64,000 bases of DNA, filler included, from 9 parts of 9 records of this genome joined end to end with filler, not necessarily neighbours in it, one strand, 5' to 3'. Shown: positions 8,755 through 19,580, numbered from the whole stretch's first letter. Made by a program: numbers and translations. Notes: generated from the letters alone by a model not told the origin.

Positions 8755-11114
8755 TAAATGGACTCATTCAGTGTCCTGCTGATAATCTCCTGCTGCAGAT
8801 CACTATTCATATCGTTGAAATAGTCACTGTACCCGGCCATACGGACCATGAGGTCTTTGTAATTTTCCGGATGTTCTTGTGCATCAAGCAACGTTGCGGT
8901 ATCAACAATGTTGAACTGGATATGGTGTCCACCCATGACAAAATAGGATCGAATGAGATAGCCAAGTTTCTCGATATCACGCTCATTTCTCAACATGCTG
9001 GGCAGAAATCGCTGATTCAGCAGTGTTCCTCCGGAAAGTGTTTGGTCAATTTTTGTCATCGACCTGATTACAGCCGAGGGACCATGGGTATCGGCACCCT
9101 GGGATGGAGAAGTACCATCCGATATGGGTAGACCAGCCAATCTTCCATTGGGAGAAGCTCCCAGCATCTTACCGAAGTATATATGGCAGGTAGTCGAGAG
9201 CATGTTCATATGATACGACTCTCCTTTGATATTTGGCTGCCCATCAATTATCCGGTACAGATCATTGTATACTCTCACAGCAATCTCATCGGCATAGTCT
9301 TCATCATTTCCGAAGAAGGGAGTTCTGCTTATAATTCGCTGCCGCAAAATCTCACCACCTGCGAAGTTGTCCGTTAGTGCAGTAAGCATCTGATCCATAC
9401 CGATCGTTTTATCCTCAAACACATGCTTTTTCATGACTACAAGGCTATCTGTTATAGTACCGAATCCAGTACACTGGATATAACTTGTGTTATAACGGGG
9501 ACCGCCGTTATAGTAATCACGGCCTTTGACAATGCAGTCATCGATAAGTACGGATAGAAATGGTGCGAGGGTATATCTGGCCGTCATACTGTCGATATAA
9601 TTGCTTACCCTCACCTTCTGGTCTACCACAAACTCCAACTGCTTCAGGAAGGCTGTATAGAGATCATCAAAACATGCAAATGTAACCGGATATCCTGTTG
9701 CCAACCCAACCTGGCGACCAGTCATCGGATCAATACCATTATTCAGCGTTATCTCCAGAACCTTGGGAACATTAAGATACCCGGTAAGCAGAAAAGCCTC
9801 CTTTCCAAAGGCTCCAACCTCAATACATCCGCTGCAGCCGCCCTCTCTGGCATCGGTAATATCCTTGCCCATCTGGACCATCTCGCTGATATATACATCG
9901 GGATTGAATACCGACGGGTAGCCATATCCCTTCTTTATAACCTGAATGGCTTTGTGCAGAAAAGTATCAGGAGTACTGCTGCTGATATGCACTGAACAGC
10001 CCGGCTGCAGGATATGCAGTTCTTCAAGAACCTCGAGCATCATGTAGGAAACTTCACCTACTCCATCCTCTCCAGAATCTGTTATGCCGCCAAGGTTGAT
10101 ATTGGTAAAATCATTATATGTACCACTCTCTTTGGCAGTTATCCCAACTTTGGGGGGAGCAACATGATTATTTACCTTGATCCAGAAACAGGAAATAAGC
10201 TCCTTTGCCATATCCCTTGTCAACTCACCATTTTCAACTCCCATTTCATAGAATGGGGTAAGGTGCTGATCAAAATGGCCTGGATTCATGGCATCCCAGC
10301 CGTTGAGTTCTGTTATTGTACCCAAATGCACAAACCAGTACATCTGAATCGCTTCCTGAAAGGTGCGAGGGGCATGTGCTGGTACCCAACGGCAAACTTC
10401 AGTAATATTTAAAAGTTCAGCCTTTCGTACCGGATCCTGCTCAGATACAGCCAACTCTTCAGCTTTATCAGCATGCCTGTTGGCAAATACAATCACAGCA
10501 TCACAAGATATACTCATGGCTTTAAGCTCTTCGGCTTTACCTGTTGCCTCAGAGTCATCTAAATAATTCAGGGATTCCAGCTCTTTCTGAATATCAGCTT
10601 TGAAATCCAGCATCCCCTTTCGATAGATTTTACCATCCAGGGCTGTATGCCCGGGAGCACGCTGCTCCATAAATTCGGTAAAGAGACCAGCCTCATATGC
10701 CCGTCTCCATGTATCCGGCACATGGGAGAATATTCTCTCCCGCTGGGTTCTTCCTTTCCAAAAAGGAATTACTTTCTTTTTATAAGTATCAATATCCTCA
10801 CTTGAAACAAGATAGCGCTGCTGCTCCCTTGAATTGAGAATCTGCAGGTCTTCAACACTATGACAAGTAAGTTCCGGGAATGTGGGTACTGCTTTTGGAG
10901 TTGGACCACGTTCACCAACTATCAGCTCATCATCACCTATGTAGATTTGCTTTCTGGTACAGTGATCGAGGAAAGATAGCGCACGCATTTCAGGTACCGA
11001 GAATTTCCCATGATTTTTCTTATAGAACTCTGTTTGATGCAGAGCCCGTTCTATACTGATTGACGGTTGGGTCTCTACACTTCGTTTCCTGAGCCTTTGG
11101 ATACGCTGGTTCAA
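8754..11114 (-). CDS. hypD: glycyl radical enzyme, trans-4-hydroxy-L-proline dehydratase
   Basis: EFMEQRAPGHT, WDA, PPKVGITAKES.TY.DF, SGCIE, LTGY, TTCHIYFG and RMAGYS match the recalled C. difficile HypD motifs; TTG start with AGGAG RBS. Confidence 0.88.
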   Translation of the reverse strand: MNQRIQRLRKRSVETQPSISIERALHQTEFYKKNHGKFSVPEMRALSFLDHCTRKQIYIGDDELIVGERGPTPKAVPTFPELTCHSVEDLQILNSREQQRYLVSSEDIDTYKKKVIPFWKGRTQRERIFSHVPDTWRRAYEAGLFTEFMEQRAPGHTALDGKIYRKGMLDFKADIQKELESLNYLDDSEATGKAEELKAMSISCDAVIVFANRHADKAEELAVSEQDPVRKAELLNITEVCRWVPAHAPRTFQEAIQMYWFVHLGTITELNGWDAMNPGHFDQHLTPFYEMGVENGELTRDMAKELISCFWIKVNNHVAPPKVGITAKESGTYNDFTNINLGGITDSGEDGVGEVSYMMLEVLEELHILQPGCSVHISSSTPDTFLHKAIQVIKKGYGYPSVFNPDVYISEMVQMGKDITDAREGGCSGCIEVGAFGKEAFLLTGYLNVPKVLEITLNNGIDPMTGRQVGLATGYPVTFACFDDLYTAFLKQLEFVVDQKVRVSNYIDSMTARYTLAPFLSVLIDDCIVKGRDYYNGGPRYNTSYIQCTGFGTITDSLVVMKKHVFEDKTIGMDQMLTALTDNFAGGEILRQRIISRTPFFGNDEDYADEIAVRVYNDLYRIIDGQPNIKGESYHMNMLSTTCHIYFGKMLGASPNGRLAGLPISDGTSPSQGADTHGPSAVIRSMTKIDQTLSGGTLLNQRFLPSMLRNERDIEKLGYLIRSYFVMGGHHIQFNIVDTATLLDAQEHPENYKDLMVRMAGYSDYFNDMNSDLQQEIISRTLNESI

Positions 11115-11333
11115 TTATTCCTCCTGATATTACTAGATAAAAAGTTACCTCTAATAATCTGATTATGCAAGTCGTATGTTGTTTTCTCAACCGGTGATTG
11201 AGCTAAGCTGTAATGATCTCATTGTTAACTATTTTAAAGACAAAAAACATGTGTCGGGTAATCTTTTCGAAATCCATTCGCCTGAAACACTTAATCTACG
11301 ATATGTCAACGGTCAGGGAAAATGTCACCCTAA

Positions 11334-11433
11334 NNNNNNNNNNNNNNNNNNNNNNNNNNNNNNNNNNNNNNNNNNNNTTAATTAATTAANNNNNNNNNNN
11401 NNNNNNNNNNNNNNNNNNNNNNNNNNNNNNNNN
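11334..11433. other. artificial contig linker
   Basis: N-run/TTAATTAATTAA/N-run. Confidence 0.98.
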
Positions 11434-11434
11434 A

Positions 11435-12304
11435 AAATTAAATCCCGAATCAGTCAATAAACTGTTGTTTTCACCGTTGCGAAATAAAACAAGTGATGCT
11501 TTGATAAATGGTGATGTTGCTGTCTGGATCTTTCTGGAGAGCGGGCATGCTGAAAAAGATAAAATAGCCGCGCAAAGATTAAAAGACCAGATAGCTGAAA
11601 TGGAAGCAAATCCCTCTTTATTTACTTCCATTACGCCACCTGAAAAAGAGCAGGAATCCGATAACACGCCGACGCCTGCGAGCTTTTCCATTTTTCAAAT
11701 GTCAAAGTCAGATCAGGCTGAATCGTTTTTTAGATCCCTGCTTTTAAACAGTGAACCTGATTTATTGGATTATACTGATTATCCCATGGCATTTCCTGTC
11801 TATGGGCAGGGACGGGTGTTGTACGCGCTCGTTGGCGATGGGATTTCCGATTCCAATATTCGCGAAGCAAGCTCGTTCCTGAATGGGCCCTGTTCCTGTG
11901 AAATTAAAGCGTTAAACCAGGGGCAGGATTTATTAATGACAGCCGATTGGTCAAGTGCCGCTAGTTTTACAGCCCAAACAGATACCTTACCACCATTAAC
12001 AGGATTTTCGGATTTTATTACCTCAAATGATACAACTGAAAAAACAACAGTTTCACCTTCAAAGGATGTTTTACGACAACCTGCGGAAGAATCAGATAAA
12101 GCGGATGCGCAGACTGATCCTGGTTTTACCTCTGTGAATAATGATCGTCCGGAAAAGGTGGATTATTCTCCAACTGGTACAGAGACAGGTGGCATCTTAC
12201 CCAAATCCAACCTTATTCGCAATATCCTTTTAATGCTCTGTGCCGGTTTGGGATTCGTTTTTGTCTTTACGATTCTAATGAAGCGAAAGAGAAACAGTGA
12301 ATAA
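11435..12304 (+). CDS. hypothetical protein, 5'-partial, with GPCSC motif and C-terminal membrane anchor
   Basis: frame open from the contig edge; FPVYGQGR, GPCSCEIK; low-complexity linker, TM helix and KRKR tail. Confidence 0.75.
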   Translation, partial: KLNPESVNKLLFSPLRNKTSDALINGDVAVWIFLESGHAEKDKIAAQRLKDQIAEMEANPSLFTSITPPEKEQESDNTPTPASFSIFQMSKSDQAESFFRSLLLNSEPDLLDYTDYPMAFPVYGQGRVLYALVGDGISDSNIREASSFLNGPCSCEIKALNQGQDLLMTADWSSAASFTAQTDTLPPLTGFSDFITSNDTTEKTTVSPSKDVLRQPAEESDKADAQTDPGFTSVNNDRPEKVDYSPTGTETGGILPKSNLIRNILLMLCAGLGFVFVFTILMKRKRNSE

Positions 12305-12662
12305 AGAGGTTAAGGATTAAGAATACCACCACTTGTTCGTTCATTCAGAATAATCCGGGAATCCTTGTCGGTTTAATCATTTTGTTTGTTTTTTATCCAA
12401 ATTTAATGTTATTAAAAGTATATTTATATTTTATGTGTTCCAGGCCTTTCTAATTCCTTCAAAAAGCCATTCTTCATCCACCTGCAACTTGAAATCTAAC
12501 CTTGAAAAATGCTAAAAATGAAAAAAATGTTAAATATCCTGAATATTGAATTATTTTGGTAATGTAACTTACAGTTTTGCCTCCATTTGAAATAATATTC
12601 TCCTTTTTGTGGTTAACCTGCATATTTAATTAGGTGAAAAGTGTATTATCGGAGGATATCAA

Positions 12663-13331
12663 ATGACAGCATCAAATGCAAAGAATCGAGTTGATTGGGG
12701 CAGTGCTTTTATCGCAGGTATGGCAGCAACTGTTGCAATGACCGTTGTTATGGCATTAATGGGAATGAACATCATGAAATCTCTTGGTATGATGTTTCTT
12801 GGGCCTGGTTCAGGTACCATGTCTCAATATATTGTTGGCGGTCTTGTTCATTTTTCGATTGGGATTGTTTATGGTTTTATATATGCGGTTATTTTTGCTC
12901 CAATTGGATCCTGGAATCGGTTTTTAAAAGCGGGTGTTTTTGGATTTGCTATTACAGCAGCAGCAATGGCTTTTATGCCTGTGCTCGGATCCATGATGAG
13001 TGGTGGAGCGGATAACCCTTGTAATCCCTGTTATCAGGGCTCTGGTGCTCATAGTGCAACCATGAATCCTTGTAATCCCTGTGGTGACATGAAAGCAAAG
13101 ATTCCAAAAAATCCTTGTGGTGAAACAAAGGCTATGAATCCTTGTAATCCGTATGGTGATGTGAAACCGATGAATCCATGTAATCATACGAGTGCAATGA
13201 AAGCAGGCAATCCATGTAATCCCTGCGCAGGTGGTGCCAATCCTTTTGCCGGATTATTCAACCTGATTAACCATTTGATTTATGCTTTTGTATTAGCGTT
13301 TGTATATAAAGGCTCCAAATCATTAACTTGA
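12663..13331 (+). CDS. four-TM, Met-rich membrane protein with a Cys-rich NPC-repeat loop
   Basis: GGAGG RBS; hydrophobic segments at about aa 13-35, 55-79, 87-109 and 196-215; His63 and His204 in TM helices; 9 Cys, all in NPC triplets. Confidence 0.85.
   Translation: MTASNAKNRVDWGSAFIAGMAATVAMTVVMALMGMNIMKSLGMMFLGPGSGTMSQYIVGGLVHFSIGIVYGFIYAVIFAPIGSWNRFLKAGVFGFAITAAAMAFMPVLGSMMSGGADNPCNPCYQGSGAHSATMNPCNPCGDMKAKIPKNPCGETKAMNPCNPYGDVKPMNPCNHTSAMKAGNPCNPCAGGANPFAGLFNLINHLIYAFVLAFVYKGSKSLT
13014..13247 (+). repeat. intragenic NPC(NPC) peptide repeats
   Basis: recurring AATCC(T/A)TGTAATCC units encoding NPCNPC x3, NPCNPY, NPCNH, NPCG and NPF. Confidence 0.9.
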
Positions 13332-13360
13332 ATAAAAATTATTTAAACGAGGTTTAAACG

Positions 13361-14443
13361 ATGAAATTAAAATGGGGACTCGTTTTATCTGTTTTTGGAT
13401 CCATAGGCCTTTTGACTTTGGTTGCGATTTTTCTGGAGAAAAGGGAAGCCGTTGATCCATTAGGCCCTGAATATGAATGGGGTAGTAGATTAGCACATAC
13501 TGATAATTCATCTGCAGAAGAAATGGTTCTTATTCAGGCAGGTGAATATATATTAGGTGATGAAGAGACTTATCCCAATTCAAAGGATGCCCCGCCACAT
13601 CGTGTCCGTCTCGACGCCTTTTACATCGACAAACATGAAGTGACGAACCGACTCTTTTCCAGGTTTGTGACAGATACAGGATATAAAACAACAGTAGAAA
13701 AAGAGGGCGCTGCGTGGATTTATCGTGGTGGAGAAGGTGATTGGCTCTTTGTTGATGGTGCTCATTGGCAGCACCCACTTGGTCCGGGTAGTCATATTCA
13801 TGATGCTATGGATCATCCGGTGGTTTTGGTGTCCTGGTATGATGCTGTGGCGTATGCCGAGTGGGCTGGAAAACGCCTTCCGACTGAAGCGGAATGGGAA
13901 GTTGCTGCGCGGGCCGGTGTGAATCCACAATTTCCAAACGATAATCATGATAATTTAATAGTTCATAGAGCGACTGTCCAGACAAGTCATTCATCGAATA
14001 CCCTTGATACTGAATTACCGTTACATCCATCTGCCGGCTCCCATTCCGAGGAACATGTTTTTCATAAAAAAATGGCTCTTGCAGGTCATGCCAATATCTG
14101 GCAAGGACACTGGCCACGCAAAAATGAAATGGTTGACGGATTTTTCTATACTTCACCAGTAGGTTCTTTTGCTGCCAATGAGATTGGTATTTTTGATATG
14201 ATTGGAAATGTCTGGGAGTGGACGGCTGACTGGTATACCTCTAATTCATATGAAACAAAAACAGTTCATGAAAATCCTGCTGGAGCCAGCACCGGTTCGA
14301 GACGCGTTGCGCGGGGTGGATCCTGGTTTTGCTCACCTAATTATTGTAGTGCCTATCGTCCGGGATTCCGCGGAAAGAGTCCGCCTTCAAGTGCGTTTAA
14401 TAATGTTGGTTTTCGATGTGCCAGGGACGTTGAAAAAATATAA
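13361..14443 (+). CDS. formylglycine-generating enzyme (FGE/SUMF1) family protein with N-terminal signal or anchor
   Basis: HEVTN, HPVV.VSW.DA, RLPTEAEWE, DMIGNVWEW, RGGSWFCSPNYC.AYR (both catalytic Cys present), NVGFRC. Confidence 0.92.
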   Translation: MKLKWGLVLSVFGSIGLLTLVAIFLEKREAVDPLGPEYEWGSRLAHTDNSSAEEMVLIQAGEYILGDEETYPNSKDAPPHRVRLDAFYIDKHEVTNRLFSRFVTDTGYKTTVEKEGAAWIYRGGEGDWLFVDGAHWQHPLGPGSHIHDAMDHPVVLVSWYDAVAYAEWAGKRLPTEAEWEVAARAGVNPQFPNDNHDNLIVHRATVQTSHSSNTLDTELPLHPSAGSHSEEHVFHKKMALAGHANIWQGHWPRKNEMVDGFFYTSPVGSFAANEIGIFDMIGNVWEWTADWYTSNSYETKTVHENPAGASTGSRRVARGGSWFCSPNYCSAYRPGFRGKSPPSSAFNNVGFRCARDVEKI

Positions 14444-14460
14444 TTTTTCACTAACTTTAA

Positions 14461-14487
14461 GAGCCGGGTTATGGAATCCCGGCTTTT
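14461..14487 (+). terminator. intrinsic terminator after the FGE gene
   Basis: AGCCGGG/CCCGGCT stem followed by Ts. Confidence 0.7.
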
Positions 14488-14857
14488 AAAGTTAAAGTTG
14501 TGTTAAATCGGATATGGGATACAGACGATAATATATGAGTAGCAGTCATGTATTTGACTTTTATCCTCATCCTGAAAAGTGCCTGTATAGTTAAGAGGTT
14601 CTTTTATATCCTCCAGCTGAAAGTCAATTTATTTTGATGACCAGTATAAAAATATTATCCTGTTTTAGCAAAATCTTCAAAAGCTTTCTGTTTACCTGGA
14701 ACAATATTTGTCTCTGCTACGTTTTATTATTTGTAGAGATAATTATATTAAAAATCCTTCAGAGGTCCTTAATTTGAATTGAGCGTTTCAATGTAGTAAT
14801 ATAACATATTAATCCTGTTTATACCTGAACACCTTGTTCTCAGTAAGGAGGAAGACT

Positions 14858-15394
14858 ATGAGAAGTAAATGGCACACCTTACTAATTTTACCTGTAATGT
14901 TCAGCCTTTTATTTATGTTGAATTGTTCGGTTGGAACAATTTCCGTCGACGAGACCTATTCTACATTAAGACCGGTAAAACAGCTCGAGTTGCCTGAACA
15001 GGTTACGGACAATCTTGTTATTGAAATCTCAAATGTGGCTGATTTAGGTTCCAGCTATAAAAATCGGGTCGACGTTTTTGTCAATGACAAGAAGATCATA
15101 CCCAATTGGGTCCTCACAAATGTGGAGGAAACCTATATATATAAATTAAGATTAAGACCGGGCTACTATAAAGTCAAATCTCATTATTACGCTTATATAG
15201 GTTGGGGAGAGGAAAAATACATAATCGAAAGTCAGGACCTGGTAAAAGTATATGCCGATAAACGGAACTATGTAACATGTGATATTGTGAAAAAGCCAAA
15301 TGGTGAGCCTGTAAATGAAAAGATGTACTTTAAACAAAGAATAGAACCTTTGAGTTCAACCGTTCAATCGACAAAAGATTTAACAAAGTTCTAA
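14858..15394 (+). CDS. hypothetical exported protein, probable lipoprotein
   Basis: AAGGAGG RBS; signal peptide ending FMLNC; beta-rich body. Confidence 0.7.
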   Translation: MRSKWHTLLILPVMFSLLFMLNCSVGTISVDETYSTLRPVKQLELPEQVTDNLVIEISNVADLGSSYKNRVDVFVNDKKIIPNWVLTNVEETYIYKLRLRPGYYKVKSHYYAYIGWGEEKYIIESQDLVKVYADKRNYVTCDIVKKPNGEPVNEKMYFKQRIEPLSSTVQSTKDLTKF

Positions 15395-15482
15395 GATATA
15401 TGAAAATGTTTTTGTACTCGTTTGGTATTACTGTTTATATTTGATAAAATGTTCATCTCTTCTGTTGTTCCTTCTCCTTGCT

Positions 15483-15514
15483 AAAAGGGTCTCTCTATAG
15501 AGGCCCTTTTTTTT
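15483..15514. terminator. bidirectional-type intrinsic terminator
   Basis: AAAAGGG..CTCT/AGAG..CCCTTTTTTTT. Confidence 0.7.
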
Positions 15515-15604
15515 AATAAAATCCTTGTAAAGATGAAACTTTATTTCTATTGTTGTCAATAGTGAAATTAAACTGCTTTTTATATATAAGCAAAGGACAT
15601 ATCT

Positions 15605-16896
15605 ATGAATGAGACGAAAATTTTAGCTGGCTTTACGGCAATACATGCGAAAATTCGGGCGCGTTTTCCTCAACTTGAAAAAGTCGGGATGGAGGGACAC
15701 GTATCTATCTTAACAATGGGGCTGGCACGCAAATGGTTGATACCGCAATTAAAATGCTGGCAGAAACAGCTCAAACCGCTAATCCGCAGCCCGGCACTAT
15801 GGATCCGGATGAAAAAGCGACAGATGAGTTACATTGGAAGGTGCGAAATAAAGTCGCTCAATTCATCAATGCCGGGAAAGCAGAAGAGATCAGTTTTCAC
15901 TTTTCGACAACTCATGCCCTGTTTAATCTCGCCTATGCGTGCCGATCTTTGTTTACAAAGAAAAATAATGTTGTGGTGACAGACCTTGATCATATGGCCA
16001 ACATTTCACCCTGGGAAGATTTTTGCGGCTTTGAGAACGGTTGTGAAATCCGTCGTGCCAGGATAACGGCTAATGGTATGCTGGATGAGGACCATCTGCT
16101 ATCACTTGTTAATGGAAAAACCGCTCTGGTGGCTTTGACCATGGCTTCCAATGGTTTTGGCACCATCGTGCCTGTTAAAGAAATTGTAACAAAGATTAAA
16201 GAGAAGAATAGAGATTGTCTCGTCTGTGTTGATGCCGTACATCATGCACTGCATGGTTTAATCGATGTGCAGGATATGGGTTGTGATTTTCTCGCTTTTT
16301 CAGGTTATAAAGTATTTGGACCAATGCTGGGTGTTTTATGGGCAAGGGAAACGGTGGCACAAAAGCTCCAACCATATCGGGTTGAGACTAATAAAAATAT
16401 CCCACCTTTTCATTTTGAACAGGGAACTCTCAATAACGCTTTGCTGGCCGCTTTGAATGCCGCTTTAGACTATATTCTCTGGCTGGCAGATGAAATATCC
16501 CTGCAAGTTGGCAACATGATCAATCCGAACAGGCAGAAATTTGTTTTTGCCATGAATGCCATTGCAATTCATGAGGCACAACTGAATGAAAAGATATTGT
16601 ATGGTTTTCCTCAGTTCAATAGTGATAAATTTGTCTGCTATGGCATTACGGATCCAGCCCTTTCCTTGCAGCGTGATCCCACATTTGCATTTGAAATAAA
16701 GGGACTATCACCACAGGACATCAAAAAACATCTCTGGGATGGCTTTCGAATAGAGATTGCTTACGGTAATCATTATTCAGCAGCTATATATCGACATCTT
16801 GGCAGAGACAGCCTCTGCCGTGCCAGTTTCGCTCATTATGATTCAATGGAAACAGCAGAATTATTTGTCCGGGCTCTCAGGTCCATATCAGGATGA
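15605..16896 (+). CDS. class-V PLP enzyme, cysteine-desulfurase-like (apparent frameshift in A-run 15678-15682)
   Basis: IRARFPQL then IYLNNGAGTQ in a shifted frame; DHMAN, VDAVH, FSGYK(PLP)VFGP, RASFAHY. Confidence 0.85.
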
Positions 16897-17454
16897 TTTT
16901 TGTTTCAATACAAATACAGTTGTGTATCAATTAGTGTCATATGTGAAATTTAATTACATAAATGTAAAACAGCCCATCATAAATGCATTTTGAATTGACT
17001 GATTTTATTTAGTCTTGATTTTTATATTTGTTTATAACCGTAGTAAAAACAATGTACTGCTAGTCGAATCGACATGTGGATATAAATTGTTTTTCCAATT
17101 CTACTTTTGGCATTTAATTTGTAGCAATTTTAGCATAGTGGCTCTCTCCAGTGAAATAAATATGGGACTGTACCCGATTTGGGATGTGTTGGGTGGTATC
17201 ATGTGTCAGGGTAAAGTTTGGTACAGTCCCTGTATATAAAATATTATCTCTTTTCTTCCTCTCTCTGTCAATTAACCTGCTTCATTCATCTGTTTTTCCT
17301 TGTTAAATTCATGTAATTTTATTATGTTTCATCCTGATATTCTTCAATTATTTTGGTGGGATGCGGAAAATACCTTCCGTTATAAACTGATATGGCGTGA
17401 TTATTTCGAGAAATTAATTTTGGGATTTATGTACAATAGAAACGGAGTATCAAC

Positions 17455-18717
17455 ATGAAAGAAACATCAATTAATAAAGTTGTCCTTGCCTATTCTGGAG
17501 GCCTGGATACATCCATTATCATTCCATGGTTAAAGGAAAATTATGGATGTGAAGTCATTGCTTTTGCAGCAGATCTCGGGCAGGAACAGGAACTGGATGG
17601 GCTGGAAGAAAAGGCTATTGCTACCGGAGCAAGCAAGTGTTACATTGAAGACTTACGAAAACCCTTTGTTGAGGAGTATATCTGGCCTACGTTAAAAGCA
17701 GGTGCTATATATGAAGACAGGTATTTGCTGGGAACTTCTTTCGCTCGTCCTTTAATTGCCAAAAGGCAAGTTGAAATTGCCGCCGCTGAAGGTGCTGATG
17801 CGGTTGCCCATGGATGTACAGGTAAAGGAAATGACCAGGTGCGATTTGAATTGACCTTCAAGGCATTTAATCCGAAACTTCATGTCATTGCACCATGGAG
17901 GGAGTGGGATATCCGATCCAGAGAAGATGCCATTGCCTATGCAAATGAGAGAAAAATCCCCATTACAGCCAGCAAGGAAAAAATTTATAGTAATGATCGA
18001 AATATCTGGCATATCAGTCACGAGGGAGGCGACCTTGAGGATCCATGGAATGAGCCTCAGAGTAAAATGTTTGCCATGTCCAAATCGCCTGAAGAAGCTC
18101 CGGATAAAGCTGAATTTGTTGAAATTGAATTTGAAAGAGGCATTCCTGTTGCGGTTAATGGTGTTAGAATGGAAGCTGTCCCTTTGCTGCAGTTATTGAA
18201 TAAAATGGCTGGTGATAATGGAGTGGGTAGGGTTGATCTCGTCGAAAACCGCCTTGTGGGTATGAAATCAAGAGGTGTGTATGAGACGCCAGGTGGTACG
18301 TTGCTGTATTCAGCTCATGCTGAACTGGAAAGTCTTATACTGGATCGTGAAACATTACATTTTAAAGAGATGCTGGCCCCTAAATATGCAGAGCTTGTCT
18401 ATTACGGTGCCTGGTTTACACCGCTTCGGGAAGCCCTCGATGCCTTTGTTGAAGAAACTCAAAAGTATGTCACCGGTACAGTTAGATTGAAATTATATAA
18501 AGGAAACTGTATTGTCGCTGGAAGAAAATCACCCTATTCATTATATCGTGAAGAGTTGGCGACATTTGGCGAGGAAGATATTTACGATCAAAAAGATGCA
18601 AAAGGTTTTATTAATCTTTATGGTTTACCCTTAAAGGTAAGGGCACTTGTGGAAATGGAATGGGGTAAACACCCGCATTACAAAGAACCTGATTACAGTA
18701 AATTCAAACGGGATTAA
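17455..18717 (+). CDS. argG: argininosuccinate synthase
   Basis: [44 protein letters not shown]. Confidence 0.98.
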   Translation: MKETSINKVVLAYSGGLDTSIIIPWLKENYGCEVIAFAADLGQEQELDGLEEKAIATGASKCYIEDLRKPFVEEYIWPTLKAGAIYEDRYLLGTSFARPLIAKRQVEIAAAEGADAVAHGCTGKGNDQVRFELTFKAFNPKLHVIAPWREWDIRSREDAIAYANERKIPITASKEKIYSNDRNIWHISHEGGDLEDPWNEPQSKMFAMSKSPEEAPDKAEFVEIEFERGIPVAVNGVRMEAVPLLQLLNKMAGDNGVGRVDLVENRLVGMKSRGVYETPGGTLLYSAHAELESLILDRETLHFKEMLAPKYAELVYYGAWFTPLREALDAFVEETQKYVTGTVRLKLYKGNCIVAGRKSPYSLYREELATFGEEDIYDQKDAKGFINLYGLPLKVRALVEMEWGKHPHYKEPDYSKFKRD

Positions 18718-18719
18718 CA

Positions 18720-19580
18720 GTGAGCGAAAACGATAAAAAAATTTGGGGTGGACGTTTTACCAAAGAAACCGAATCCGTAATGGTACGGTATAGTTACTCC
18801 ATCGATTTTGATAAAAATCTTTTCGATGCGGATATTCAGGTAAACAAAGCATGGGCACAAGCTCTCGCCAAAGTTGGTGTCTACAATCCGGACGAAGTGG
18901 AGAAAGTTTTAAATGCCCTTGATCTTATTCAACAGGATTTTAAAGCCAATAAACTGGAATTTTCAAATACCGATGAGGACATTCATTCTGCCAATGAGCG
19001 ATGGTTGACTGAACGTCTTGGGGAACTGGGTGCCCGGATTCATACAGGTAGAAGCCGAAATGATCAGGTTGTTACTGATTTTCGTGTATTTTTAAGAAAT
19101 GAAATTTCAGAATTGTGCCTGGCTATAGGGTCCTTACAAAAGGCCATTATTGAGTTGGCGGAAAAACATATCGAAACGGTCTTTTCCGGATTCACACATC
19201 TAAGGCAGGCTCAGCCTGTTTCATTTGCACATTATTTATTGGCGCTCTTTTTTCAAATGCAGCGTGACTATGAGCGACTCGAACAAGCTTACTCGCGCTG
19301 TAATAAGATGCCGCTTGGTTCCGGGGCTTTGGCCGGTGCGGCTTTTCCAATTGATCGGGAAGAACTGGCTAAAACGCTTGGCTTTGATGAACCCACGGAA
19401 AATAGCATTGATGCCACTTCAGATCGTGATTTTGTTATCGAGTTGGCTTTTATCTGTTCGCAAATTATGCTGCATATGAGCCGAATAGCTGAGGATTTTA
19501 TCATCTATTCTTCTGAAGGATTCCGCTTCATTGAGATTGATCAGGCTTATTCTACAGGCAGCAGCATGATGCCGCAAAAA
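18720..19580 (+). CDS. argH: argininosuccinate lyase, 3'-partial
   Basis: WGGRF, EDIH, HTGRSRNDQV, HLRQAQP, STGSSMMPQK. Confidence 0.97.

Noticed and set aside
13014-13247. NPC repeats as a CRISPR array or heme-binding motifs
   Set aside because: In-frame, degenerate at third positions and irregularly spaced; no cas genes and no CxxCH.
13361-16896. Ergothioneine EgtB/EgtE pair
   Set aside because: The FGE protein is exported, lacks the DinB-like HxxxH domain and keeps the FGE Cys pair; terminators separate the genes.
16900-17450. ARG boxes or a small ORF (17015-17239) upstream of argG
   Set aside because: AT-rich with only weak matches; the ORF lacks an RBS and recognisable features.
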